Shown one piece after another: positions 12,447-24,949 of a stretch of 64,000 bases of DNA. Within the stretch, counting starts at the first letter, position 1. Every line of letters begins with the position of its first letter. The position numbers were made by a program, and so were the translations under genes. A model generated the notes under the pieces. It saw nothing but the letters and a program-made list of their open reading frames with translations, searched no databases and had not been told where the DNA came from. Source of the DNA: Pavona decussata (Eukaryota); contig CDRNST010000027.1 of NCBI GenBank assembly GCA_977016875.1, positions 1,984,001 to 2,048,000 of the forward strand, in the 5' to 3' direction.

Positions 12447-13675
12447 GACGGTCAATATCAGCGAAAGAATGTCGGCCCTACAAAACAAACAAAAAAACGC
12501 GCAAAAACATTTTGCCGTTTGTTTCAGAATATCGGCGCCCTTCTGTGCTTTACCTAAAAACCATTCAGATGAGTAAATGGCACTTGATAGAAAATCAGCC
12601 TCTGCTAAGAGAGATCTTCAAAGACCCTTCCTACTTTCGTACAAAAAAGGGAAATCTTTGAAAGACGGCGTATTCGTAAGAGCAAATTAGCTTTGAAGGT
12701 CATATTCTTCCGATCTCGACCAATAGGAGCCGTGTTTGGCCTGTCATTTTACCATCATTGTATAATTGTTTGTTCTTAAGTCTTATTACAAATCACGACA
12801 ACGTGGTATTACAATTCACGACAGCTCAGATTATTACAAATTACGACAACAGGTTATTACAATTCACGATAGGTACGTTACTACAATTCACGACAACTGT
12901 TATTACAATTCACGACAGGTATTACAATTCACGACAAGTGTTATTACAATTCACGACAGGTATTACAATTCACGACAAGTGTTATTACAATTCACGACAG
13001 GTATTACAATTCACGACGGTATTACAATTCACGACAGAACACACGTATTTCCCTCCATTATCTTGTTCTTAAGTACGTCCTTTATCGGCGTTAAAGAAAA
13101 CAGACTGAAAAACTTCCCCCGTTGTGACACGAGCCAAGTACAGTCTTTCTCAAACCAATATTAAATAATTACTTCAGGTAGAGAAATATTAGTAAGTTCA
13201 CTCTGTGAACAGTTTGTCGAATTTAATTAAGCGTGGCCGTAGATAAATTAAAACCGAGGAAAAATGAGCAAACAAAATGTCAACTTTGTCAACTAGGTGG
13301 AAAGAAGCCAACAGAAATGTCTTTCAATGTATACACAGCTGCTCATTTATGATAATAACTAGCGTTCTATGAGTTGTACAAAAATAATTCTCATTTTGTT
13401 GTTTTGGTTAAACATGCTTCACGAAAATGCTAATAATTCTCCTTGGAGACATAACCTGAACAGCCTAGAATAAGATACAAAGTAGGAACGTAACAGCAAA
13501 AAAGAAAGCTAAAAGCGAGATTATGAAGCTTGTAAAGAGCTGATAGAGATAATATAAATTTAAGCATTGCTGCAGCTTTGATATGAAGGAAGACGCATCT
13601 TCAGATTATGCCAAGGTGGCGGTACATTTGGCGCAAAATGGAACGTAAATTTTAAGTTACAGAGCAGGAAAAACA

Positions 13676-15391
13676 GTGGGGGGGGGGGGGGGGACAGGGG
13701 GGTCGGAACCTCCCGCCTCCCGTACCTTTGCCTCCCGCCTCCCGCCCTTTTTCGCGTTTCTCCCGTCCCCGAGTAAAGAAGAAGGCTTCAAAACCCGTAT
13801 TAGTCATAAAGCTGTACCAGGATGTACCATTCTCAGGCCTTTCATTATTCATTTTTTTACTATATATATTTTGATTAACGTTAACATTATTGATAGGTTT
13901 TGTACTCTGAGTTAATGACGTTTTGACTAACATAAGGGCTTTTGTTCTTGAGCCATTGTAGCTTGATCAGAAATAAAATACAAGCAGCGGTGATAAACAT
14001 AATAAAATTGCGCATTTTATGTAACCTGACGTTTCATATGCTACGTCAAGCTAAAATGCGCAAGTATCACCGCTGTTTGTATTTAATTTTTGACTAACAT
14101 GTTCGGCTTGTTTGACGGTTCAACCATTCTTTCAGTGACAACAGTCTTAGTCCATCGTGCAGTGTAATAGTTGTTGCATTTCTTAATTATTCATTTGTTG
14201 GGATCATGTAATTCAAATGGGGAAGTAGGACATGGCGAGCCGGCAGCCAAACGCCCCAGTTTAGAGTTCGGTTTGTCTGCCTAATTCTTGGCGCTGTATT
14301 GCGGATCCATCGCATTTACTTGATACACTAATTATAATCTTGATATCTTTCTCGATATCCTAACTCCCTAAAATTGCGTGAAAAAATTGCTTTTAGTGCG
14401 GGAAAAGGTAAAATGAAACTTTAGGACCTACTTTCAATCCAAGGTTTAAATCTCTGCGTTACTGGTGGTGAATTCTAAGCTCGCTGCTACTGCTCTTAGG
14501 AAAGAATTACTGCATTAAATGCAAAAAGCGTCCGAAATTAGGCCGAACAAACTGTTCATCAAAAGAAGTCTTCATCCATGTGCAGAGGAGGCTGCACTGA
14601 TCTCCTTCTACTCCTAATCCTACTCCTCTTTTCTATGAAGTCGACGGTTCCTGGTTGCTTCCCATGCTGTTTGGCTGCCCATTGTAATAGGAACCGATTT
14701 TGCTTTGTCCAAAACGAAAAACGGTGTCGTGAAACGAAACACTCCGCACTCTCCACGTGCTCATTGAAACAGCATTCCATTCGCAAATTCCCATACACCA
14801 TGCAGCAAAATCTTTAGTACAGTCCGATTGACGGTCATTGGGAGCTAAATCCCAAGAAGGTCGTCCATGCCCCAGATTTCTCACTACCGCACTGAAAAAT
14901 GCTAAGAACTACTAAAATGGCCTTTGACGATATTGAATCTCTGATACTAAATTTACAAGACGCGTATTTGCTCGCCACTCACCTCTTTTGAGACTTCTAA
15001 AAACTTGCGCGGCACTCACACATGTGCACACATGTCACGCTTGACATTTCATGAGCTATGACGTAACACCATGAAAGGGTTTACAATTTCACCGGAAGTA
15101 ACCCTGTTTATCGCCTGAGCACGAATTTTCGTGTGCACTCGGATATAAAAGATTGTGTAAAGCCTCGGAGGACGCTAAATGGAAAACAAATAACATTGTG
15201 CAACATTGTTGAGTTCTTTTTTTGATAGTATTCTAACGCATTAATAAGTAAAGAAATTCACCGTTTTGTATTGCTCTCCCGCTTCCCGTCCTCTTAGAAC
15301 TTCCGCCTCCCGCCCTTTCCTCTCCCGTCTCCCGTACCCCTCCCGCCCCCTATTCTCCCGAGCTCCCGCCCCCCTGCCCCCCCCCCCCCAC
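13676..15391. mobile_element. 1.7-kb insertion with G-rich TIRs (GTGGGG...CCCCAC) and 6-bp TSD AAAACA; present only in unit 2
   Basis: AAAACA at 13670-13675 and 15392-15397; empty site GGAAAACACGCAGC at ~22961 in unit 3; ~30-bp imperfect TIRs. Confidence 0.85.
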
Positions 15392-17056
15392 AAAACACGC
15401 AGCAAAACCACGAGAAAGGAAACTACCTTCAACATGCCTCATCTCTCGGTAACTTCACCCGGCCTCTCAAATTTTTCCCCTTATTTCCAACGATACTGCA
15501 AGATCTGCAATCTAGCCTTGCCTAAGTTTGTGGAATCAGCTAACTTTAAAAGTTAAAAAGTGACATTTCAGTAGAAGCATAATAAATTCTACTTTAAATT
15601 TATAATTCCGTTAATTCGTTAACTCTGTATATGTACTTTGTTGTACTTACATGTATTTGGCACAGCAGAGCTAAATCAAATTTTGAGAAAAAGAAAGAGA
15701 TGTGCATGATAGAATTTTAATGAAAGAAACTATAAGCTATTGTAATTAGTCGCCACCTAGAATTAGCAAAACTAGCGTTTTACCTCCTGAAAATCACGAA
15801 GGCAGACGCGAATCACTGAATGGGTGAACTCGCGTGCAAGGCGCTAAGCGCCAAAAGTGTGAATTCGTGTGCGAGCAGGGTTAACTGAAAGACAACAAAT
15901 TATCACCTACAGGATACACGTGATTTAGAGATTCTTAGACCTTAACTATTACCAATAACAATTATTACAATTTAAAAATGATTATTTCATTTCTTGGCTC
16001 ATCTTCTCTTGTGTAATGATCTAATGAATATATTGCATTTTAAAACGGGGAGATTTGCCTGGACATCGTAGTACGTTTTGTTCACCCGCGAGACGACGTC
16101 CGAGAAAACTTAAAGAAGCAGCCTACACAAGCTGATTTTCCTTTTGTTTTTGGTGGACAGGGGAGGAAATCAGTTTTAGGCATATATCAGTGAAGTCCAG
16201 CTTGCCGTTTTGCGTAAACCACGCGTTAAGTCAATAACTACAACAAAATTGAATAAAAAATGTATTGAGCAACAGCTGTTGACTAAATCTATAATTTCAG
16301 CAATTCATGCTTGATATGGCATTATAAAGTTTAAGAATTTTAAGGTGCCCGGGTTTGGGATGGTTCCTGCAAAAATGTGTCTCCGGTACATACTCTATGC
16401 GCGAAGTTCATCAAGTCCAAAGTCCTGTTGTAGGGACAACATCGCTGCACTATTCTTGGGGCCACATTCAGGAAGCTACATTCTTAGTATCGTTTCTGAA
16501 CAATAGCCTATTGTTGGAATAACAATAGACTGTTGTTAAGAAACAAAGTTTAGGATACATCTTAACCAGGGAGGGTATCGTAATCTGGCCCCTAAAGCCT
16601 GTACAAGGCACACATAAACGAGGGGCCCTGTCGCTGCTACATGCCGTGCCTACATTATCTCGTGTGGGTACATGATCACCCCCCTGTTATGTGCCCCCTT
16701 AGTGCGTACATAGCAAACAATTTTATGGCAGCTGCACATCCCTGCTACATGCCTCCTCGTGTTTTCAACATCCCCTAACTAAATTCTATATAAAAATTCA
16801 CCATTTTTACAATAGGCGACTTTCAAACTTGGACGCTAAACTAACTTTAAGGTATTTTCAATCGCGTTTGGATTAGATTTTTGCTACCGGGCAAACTGTC
16901 ATGAGAAGGTCCTTTATAAAGAGGCTTCGCTGTTGGAAGACCGTGAAGTGACCAAATTCGTTGTTTCTTTCTCCTAGTGTCACTCTTTCTTTAAGTGGGA
17001 AATCTACAATGTAGGAAGCACTTGCTCTATCTGTTATAACTGGTTACAAAACATCT

Positions 17057-20000
17057 TCAATACACCATTTCATAGTGCATATCATTCCTGTTGCCTGTGC
17101 CAATGAGATCATTTGGAAACTCTTTCGTTGTAGCGCTGTTTAGTTGACAAAAGTACTTGCCATCCGGCCGTTTACGTAAGTCAAATGATTGACAGCGGCA
17201 ATTTCGGAGGCAGTATGACGTGCAGGCAAACTCGTCCCGAACTATATAATGGGTAATTTTGTGTCCCATCAGCCTCAATTTCGGTTGCGTTGTGAACATT
17301 GCATCTGCGTCTGGAAAAGAAGACCTTTTTTAAATCATTCATTTCTCTAAAGCCACTTTAAAGCTATTTAAACGCTTTAAGCCCTAACAGTTATCAGCGT
17401 CAAATTTCTCCTTGTAATACCAATGCTTATTCAAACCCTGAGCCAATGAGAATTAAGGATATGATCACACAAGGTGAAATTTCTTGATATTTTAATAACT
17501 TAGAACTCCCCCGTACTTTTATACGAAAAGCATGGGGACAAGATAGGAGAACTGTTTTTGATATTAAGGCTTAAAGGGTTAGGCTCATAAGGAAGCTTAG
17601 ATACATACAGAAATGTCTCATATTAGAAGTACATTGTTTTCAACTGTTCCCAAATGATATTTTCCAAAGAATATCAGCGTGTTGGTGGCAACTGAAGATG
17701 GAGAGCGAAAGTTCATTTCTTTAACTCTTTCACACCCAAGAAAGTCCGAAAAATTTCCTTCTAGTACTAGCAAAAGAAAAGCAAAGCATAAATAGAGCTC
17801 GTTGGCGTCGTTGGCTTGATCCAAATATAATGATCACAGGCACACCATGTGCTCTTGGACGCACACTTAATTTTCTTAAAATAGATTAGAGCTGGAATTA
17901 ACAGCTCTAAATAGGCAGTTTATGCACAAAATAAATTAATGGTTACATTGTGTCCGAAAATAAAACACAGTCTTCTCACTGACACCGAACTACTGGCCTA
18001 TACAGCCTATACACTTTTAGGCATTACAAATCCTCGCAGCTACTGGGAGAGAATGGCCTGAGAGGATCCCTACCGCCCCTACCACTAGAGGGGACTTCCG
18101 TCGCGTTGAATCTCTAATTTTGATGCCACTTTTACCCGGTTCAAATGCCGTACTTCACAGAAATATTCACATGAGCCGAATCCAGTGCGAACTTAGACCG
18201 ACCCATATCAATTAAGAGCCCGAATCAATTGATTCAGACACAGACGCCGAACATAATTCAGCGGAAATTAATTCACAGACCCATACTATGTAATAATTTA
18301 TGCATTTGTTCGGCACATGTTAAACACGGCGTCTGGATCAAAGCCGTTCTACAGTCGTTATTCCCGGCTGAGCAAGGCGGGTTAAAACGGCTGAGCCGAT
18401 CCGAATTACATCGACCGTTCTGAATTGATTCAGACGCCGTATACTTCACATGTAATTAATTAATTGATTTCAAGGTTATAACAGTTGAGTAATCCGTTCA
18501 TCTTTACATGATTATGTGAAGTATGGCGTCTGAACCGGGACTTAGAAGAACGTAACGTTGGGGTATTTATAATAGTTTCTTCGGAGTGACAGCATTAAAC
18601 ATCTGAGTTGGGTACGGACGAGACACGCAGTAATTACTGAATTTTGTTCGTTGTGTAATATATATATATCTGATATATCATCAAGAGAAAATTGGAAGAC
18701 CTTTGGAGAATCCGTTATACTTACATGAAGCACTGCACGCCGAGGATGTGGACGTCATCATGGCGCCATATTTTAGCATGGGCCCGATCACGTGTGCACA
18801 CCAGTATAACACGTTTCCTCTGTTTAGGTCGCATGCGCGGTAAACGTTCTGCACTTCATCTCTAGTTAGGTATCTATTCCAGATGTTCAGGTTACTCAAG
18901 CTTCCATTCAAGTGGTTAGAGAACACACCTTGTTATTTGTTCAACACGGCACCGATTACCAGAGAACCCCCTCCTTTGAGCACTTTTTCTGAGTGACAAA
19001 ATAAAAAGGATTCTATAGTGTTCATTTCTGTTTTTCTCTGTCGATTTTTTTCTTTTTGTCTTTCTTGACTACGAGTTCGTTAAGGAATCCACTTCACCGT
19101 GAAGACTATGCAGAAAACTAGCCGCCTTTATTCGATTTTATTGCTCGGTGATTGGATTAGTAAACGCCTAAATGACTTTCCTTCCTTGTTGTTTTTCACT
19201 CGTCCAAAAAAATCGGGCGATGGATATGAAATCGGACGACGGTTATCGTTTCATAACTTGCACCACGTGACAGGTTTCATCCTATAAGACCACGGGGAAA
19301 TTAATCGATGAGTTACGGGGGCTAATAACTATCCAGAAGGGAACCAATCAAATCACGCATTTGCTTCTATCCATGGGTAGCCACCTCCTGGGGTAGTCTA
19401 TATTAGTGTCTTACCTTGTCTATGTTGGCGTGGCAATGTTACGTCATGAACACCTTCGAAGAATACAATCGTTTCACGGTTAGACTGGTCCCACATCGTG
19501 CACACGTGATGCCAGTTCTGGTCGGTAAGGTCGATACCAGGAAAACTGGAAAATCAAGTTAAAGCAAACGGAATGATCGTTATGAAGAGGAAGAGCAATC
19601 GCAAAGCATGAATATTGAAAGAAACTATAATACTGTGGTATTGAACAGAGTTACAGATTTGGTTGGCAGTATCCGCCGAACTTGAATCTTATGAGGCGTA
19701 ATCAGATGATACAGGGCATGCGTGGTTGGCACTCTAAAGGAACTAAGTGAAAAGTGGACGCAGAGGCGCGCACGAAGTACATGATGAGAGTGCGGAGCGC
19801 GAATTGAAAGAGAGCGAAAACGTGAGCGCTCTGTTTGCCTCCCTCTTTGCCTGCGCACCCGATTCCCGCCTTTCCTCTCCCTTTAAAGCCTTACCACACA
19901 GGCTATATTAATCAGATCAAATCAAATTAAAGTGCGTTTGTTAACCTCATTGTCTATTGAAAAAAGATTAGTATATGATAACAAACTACAATGTCAAATT

Positions 20001-21801
20001 TCCAAATTAAAGTAGTAAAAATAAATAGAAGTAACATTGGCAGAGGATTTCGATGGCTTATAAATAAAGAGCAAGGCTATAGTAACTGATGTAACTGAAT
20101 GGGCGAGGCAAAAGGGGGATTCGCTTAGTACACGGTTAAATTAATTATCTGATGGAAAAGTTATGCAGTGAAACAAACTTTGATGAAAGTGCTCAACCGA
20201 AAAAAATTTTTAAATTGTATATTAAAATAATTAATTGCATATTAAAATATTAATTATATAAATATTATTATTATTATTATTTTTATTATTATTTAAAAAT
20301 TTTTAGTAATTGCATATTAAAATATGCTTTGAGCACTATCAAGGTGAGGAGAACGTTAATTTTTACCAGCAGAGATGAAAATTAAATGTGTTTTGTCCAC
20401 AGTAAATTTGAGCGTTATCCCTTCGCTTCGCTTTGCTAACCCCCCCCCCCCCCGATCATTGATGCCCTCATCCCCATCAATTTTATATGGGAGTCTCCCC
20501 TCCCCCCTCCGCGGACAAAACTACGTTAACAACTCTGTTTATAAAACCAAACATTCTCATCAATTCAAGGTGTAGATTTACTTACGCAATAGCCTGATCA
20601 TCCATGTAGATATCTATCGCTGATCCATTAGCATCCAAGAGATATGCTTTTTGGAACTTAGCGTTGGTGTACGACAGCAAGGTCATTGACTTTGAACCAC
20701 CAGGATTATAAACGAGTTTCACCCAGAAACAAAACGAGAAAGACGTCATGTCTGGAATATCATCAGTGATTGCATAACCGCCGTAAGCCGAATATTGCGG
20801 AAAGTTAACATCGAACGGTTCTATGAAATGACAACAAAAAAAGTAAGTTTTTAAAAAGGCATGAGCTACTTCACTCCGCAAACTCATTGACAAGACTCCG
20901 CAAAGGAGGATCGGTCACTGTGGAACTTAAAAAATAACATTACGCGTGCATGGACTAGGTATTTGACATGGATTCAAAATTGTTTATGGTTTAAAAAGAT
21001 ATTAAACAATTTTTGCTTCTCCGCAGAAACAAATTGTTCTTCGCTATGATTGTGTGTGGGCATGGACAGGGGATATAGGAAAGCCGTTCTTTTCAGTACG
21101 AACACTGTTTTCTATTACATGGAATTAAAGTTCATTTAGTCCGAGTCAGAGTTTTGCAGTTAAAAATAACCCTACCCTGCTTCGACCACCAATAGGGACG
21201 TAAATTTTTTAAAAAGACGTTTTCATAGAATGAAATGAAGCGCCAGAGTATGGTTACTTTCTATGCCTCATGCCACTAGCGTGAGGTCAACACCACTCAA
21301 CTTTGCCCCACCAAGTTAGGCCAAGTTAGTGACCGAGATATCTCTCGCTGGTATCGAAATCTTTCGTTAAGGACGATCACATAACTGTTAAGTACTAGGA
21401 ACGTTGTTGCTTTGCGATGAAAAATCAATCATTTACGCGCCACTGACTGACAACAGTATTTAATTTGTGGCCTCTTGAAAACCGATTTCCGAAAAAGAAC
21501 AGAATAATACACAGTCTTGTCTGATCCTTTACTGCCCGCGTTTGAGAAGTTTAACTGCTTTTGTAATTTAAACATTTTCTTCATCCTGTGCAGACTTTTT
21601 ATGCTTTATACAAACTTTTTGACAACAAAAATTCATTGACACCACTGTTATTGTTAAAAAATTAAACTAACTGAGGGAGTTACAAAAAGAGAACTTACCC
21701 GAATCACTGACTGAAGCGGATCCTCCTGATTGCGCTGTAAGTGACTGGAAATTCGAACAAATCACCAAGAGGAAAATAAAACTGACCCGGATTGATGCCA
21801 T
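17057..21801 (-). pseudogene. Pentraxin+PAN copy 2 with a premature stop (exons 21801-21699, 20820-20586, 19545-19415, 18988-18725, 17310-17057)
   Basis: Same exon structure with intact splice sites, but exon 4 reads GTG TTG AAC AAA TAA CAA (TAA at 18935-18933) where copy 1 has GAC AAA CAA CAA. Confidence 0.88.
18133..18541. mobile_element. PIF/Harbinger-like MITE in intron 4 of copy 2
   Basis: TIRs CCCGGTTCAAATGCCGTACTTCAC / GTGAAGTATGGCGTCTGAACCGGG with a TTA flank on the right; absent at the corresponding position in copy 1 (~6565). Confidence 0.75.
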
Positions 21802-24337
21802 GTGTAAGGTGCATCTTTCTTGGAGAACGCTTAACCTGAGTGACGTCATCAAACCGAACATGCTCAGGGGGCACGTGACCTATGCCTCCAATAAAACGAT
21901 TAAAGAAAAACGAAATAAAACAAACAATAAGAAAAAGCAAATTAAAGAGAAAGAAAAAAAATATAAAATGGTCTTTAGTCTAGAGAAAGGGAATCCGTTA
22001 TCCAGCCAAATATTGTTCACCACTTTAATTTTCTAATGGATTTTCTAATGGTAACTGAACAAGATAAAAGTTGATACTTTTATTTTGTAAGAAAAACCTT
22101 GACCAAACCGGCCATATAACTCTCGGCTGACGCATGTTAAGCATTGATCAATTTTTCATTATTCGAAGTTATGAATTCTACGTGTAAGAAAAACACAACG
22201 TTCTGAGATTGAAATAAGGTACAACAATGGAAATAATTATATAAATATAAAAATGTTCATACCTCGACCTTGTTCCAAGTTAATGATAATTCCGATCTGA
22301 AGAAGAATACAGCTCGTTGACAGATGTACACGTATTTTCCCTACATTATCTTGTTCTTAAGTACGTCCTTTATCGGCGTTAGAGAAAACAGGCTGAAATA
22401 CTCCCCCAGTTTTGACACGAGCCAAGTACAGTCTTTCTCAAACCAATATTAAATAATTACTTCAGGTAGAGAAATATTAGTAAGTTCACTCTGAGAACAG
22501 TGTGTCGAATTTAATTGTAGTGAACGTGTTCATAAATTAAAACAGAGGAAAAATGAGCAAACGAAATGTCAACTTTGTCAACTAGGTGGAAAGAAGCCAA
22601 CAGATATGTCTCCCAATGTACACACAGCTGCTCATTTATGATAATAATTAGCTTTCTATGAGTTGTACAAAAATAATTCTCATTTTGTTGTTTTGGTTAA
22701 ACGTGCTTCGCGAAAATGCGAATCAATTATTCTACTTAGAGATATAACCTGAACAACCTAGAATAAGATACAAAGTAGGAACGTAACAGCAAAAAAGAAG
22801 GCTAAAAGCGAGATTATGCAGCTTGTAAAGAGCTGATAGAGATAATATAAATTTAAGCTTTGCTGTAGCTTTGATATGAAGGAAGACGCATCTTTAGATT
22901 ATACCAAGGTGGCGGTACATTTGGCGCAAGGTGGAAAGTAAGTTTTAAGTTACAGAGCAGGGAAAACACGCAGCAAAGCCACGAGAAAGGAAACTACCTT
23001 CAACATGCCTCATCCCTCGGTAGCTTCACAAGGCCTCTCAAATTTTCCCTTCATTTCCAACGATACTGCAAGGTCTGCAATCTAGCCTTGCCTAAGTTTG
23101 TGGAATCAGCTAATTTTGAAAGTTGATAAGTGACACTTCAGTAGCAACATAATAAATTCTATTTTTTTAATTCCGTTAATTCGTTAACTCTGTATATGTA
23201 CTTGGTTGCACTTACAAGTATTTGGCACAGCAGAGCTAAATGAAATTTTGAGAAAAAGAAAAAAATGTGGGTGATAGAATTTACTGAAAGAAACTATAAG
23301 CTATTGTAATTAGTCTCCACCTAGAATTAGCAAAACGAGCGTTTTACCTCCTGAAAATCACGAAGGCAGACGCGAATCACTGAAAGGGTAAACTCGCATG
23401 AAAGGCGCTAAGCGCCAAAAGTGTGAATTCGTGTGCGAGCAGGGTTAACTGAACGACAACAAATTATCACCTACAGTATACACGTGATTTAGAGATTCTT
23501 AGATCTTAACTATTACCAATAACAATTATTACAATTTAAAAATGATTATTTCATTTCTTGGCTCATCTTCTCTTGTGTAATGATCTAATGAATAAATTGC
23601 ATTTTAAAACGGGGAGATTTGCTTGGACATCGTCGTACGTTTTGTTCACCCGCCAGACGACGTCCGAGAAAGAAGCAGCCTACACAAGCTGATTTTCCTT
23701 TTGTTTTTGGGGACAGGGAAGGAAATCAGTTTTAGGCATATATCAGCGAAGCCCAGCTTTCCGTTTTGCATGCGTAAACCTCGCGTTAAGTCAATAACTA
23801 CAACAAAATTGAATAAAAAATGTATTGAGCAACAGCTCATGACTAAATCTATAATTTCAGCAATTTATGCACGATATTAAGAATTTTAAGGTGCCCGGGT
23901 ATGGGATGATCCCAGCAAAAAATGTGTCGCAGGGACATACTCTATGCGCGAAGTTCATCAAGTCCAAAGTCCTGTTGTAGGGACAACATCGCTGCACTAT
24001 TCTTGAGGCCACATTCACGAAGCTACATCCTTAGTATCGTTTCTGAACAATAGCCTATTGTTGGAATAACAATATAGACCATTGTTAAGAAACAAAGTTT
24101 AGGATACATCTTAACCAGGGAGGGCATCGTAATCTGGCCTCTGTAGCTGGAACACATAAACCAGGCTCCCTGTCGCTGCTACATGCCCTGCCTACATTAT
24201 GTCGTGTGGGTATATGACCGCGCCCCCGTTATGTGCCCCCTTAGTGCGTACATAGCAAACAGTTTTATGGCAGCTGCACATTCCTGCAACATGCCTCCTC
24301 GTGTTTCCCACATCCTAACTAAATTCTACATAACAAT

Positions 24338-24720
24338 AGACCCTTCTCCAAAATGGCGGCCGAAAATTCCAATAAGTTAAAATTAAAAACCTCAGCATTA
24401 GAAAGAGCACGTTTACTTTAGTAACCCTGCAAAGTTTCAGCATATCAGGTGTAACATTAGCTGAGAACATATCAGTTGAAAAATGAAAAATTTACAGATG
24501 TTTGTATGACTGGGGGTATGACGTATACCCCCAGTCATACGAACGCCTGTAAATTTGTCAAATTTCATCTTACATTTCCTAAGCTGATATAACACCTTAT
24601 ATGCTGAAACGTTGCAAGATTACTAAAGTAAAGGTTCCCTTTCCAGTGCTGGTATCAGTTTTTCATTCAGTTCAATTTTAACTCTTTCAAGTCTGTTGCC
24701 GCCATTTTGGAGAAGGGTCT
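24338..24720. mobile_element. MITE with 2-bp AT TSD (ISL2EU-like), only in unit 3
   Basis: Perfect TIR AGACCCTTCTCCAAAATGGCGGC with AT on both sides; empty site ACAATTCAC in unit 1 (~5203). Confidence 0.8.
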
Positions 24721-24949
24721 ATTCACTAAGACGCTAAACCAACTTTAAGGTATTTTCGATCGCGTTTGGATTAGATTTTTGCTACACGGCAAATTGTCAT
24801 GAGAAGGTCCTTTATAAAGATGCTTGGTTGTCGGAAGACCGTGAAGTGACCAAATTCGTTGTTTCTTTCTCCTGGTGTCTTTCTTTAAGTGGGAAATCTA
24901 CAATGTAGGAAGTACTTGCTCTATCTGTTATAAACGTTACACAACATCT

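Larger units (their letters stand above)
10335..13041. mobile_element. Non-autonomous TIR element (outer copy, ~1.38 kb when reconstituted) with long TIRs built from tandem repeats and 6-bp TSD CACGTA
   Basis: Ends are TGTTCTGTCGTGAATTG...CAATTCACGACAGAACA. CACGTA lies at 10329-10334 and 13042-13047, and the paralogous empty site in unit 2 (~22329) has a single CACGTA. Confidence 0.92.

Noticed and set aside
10335-13041. CRISPR-like arrays of a 16-bp repeat with short spacers
   Set aside because: Spacers are only 2-9 bp and recur, there are no cas genes, the context is eukaryotic, and the arrays form TSD-flanked inverted termini of a transposon.
10258-13164. Repetitive ORFs (LLQFTT / ITIHDR / YYNSRQ)
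   Set aside because: They are translations of the TIR arrays, open in several frames, with no other coding evidence.
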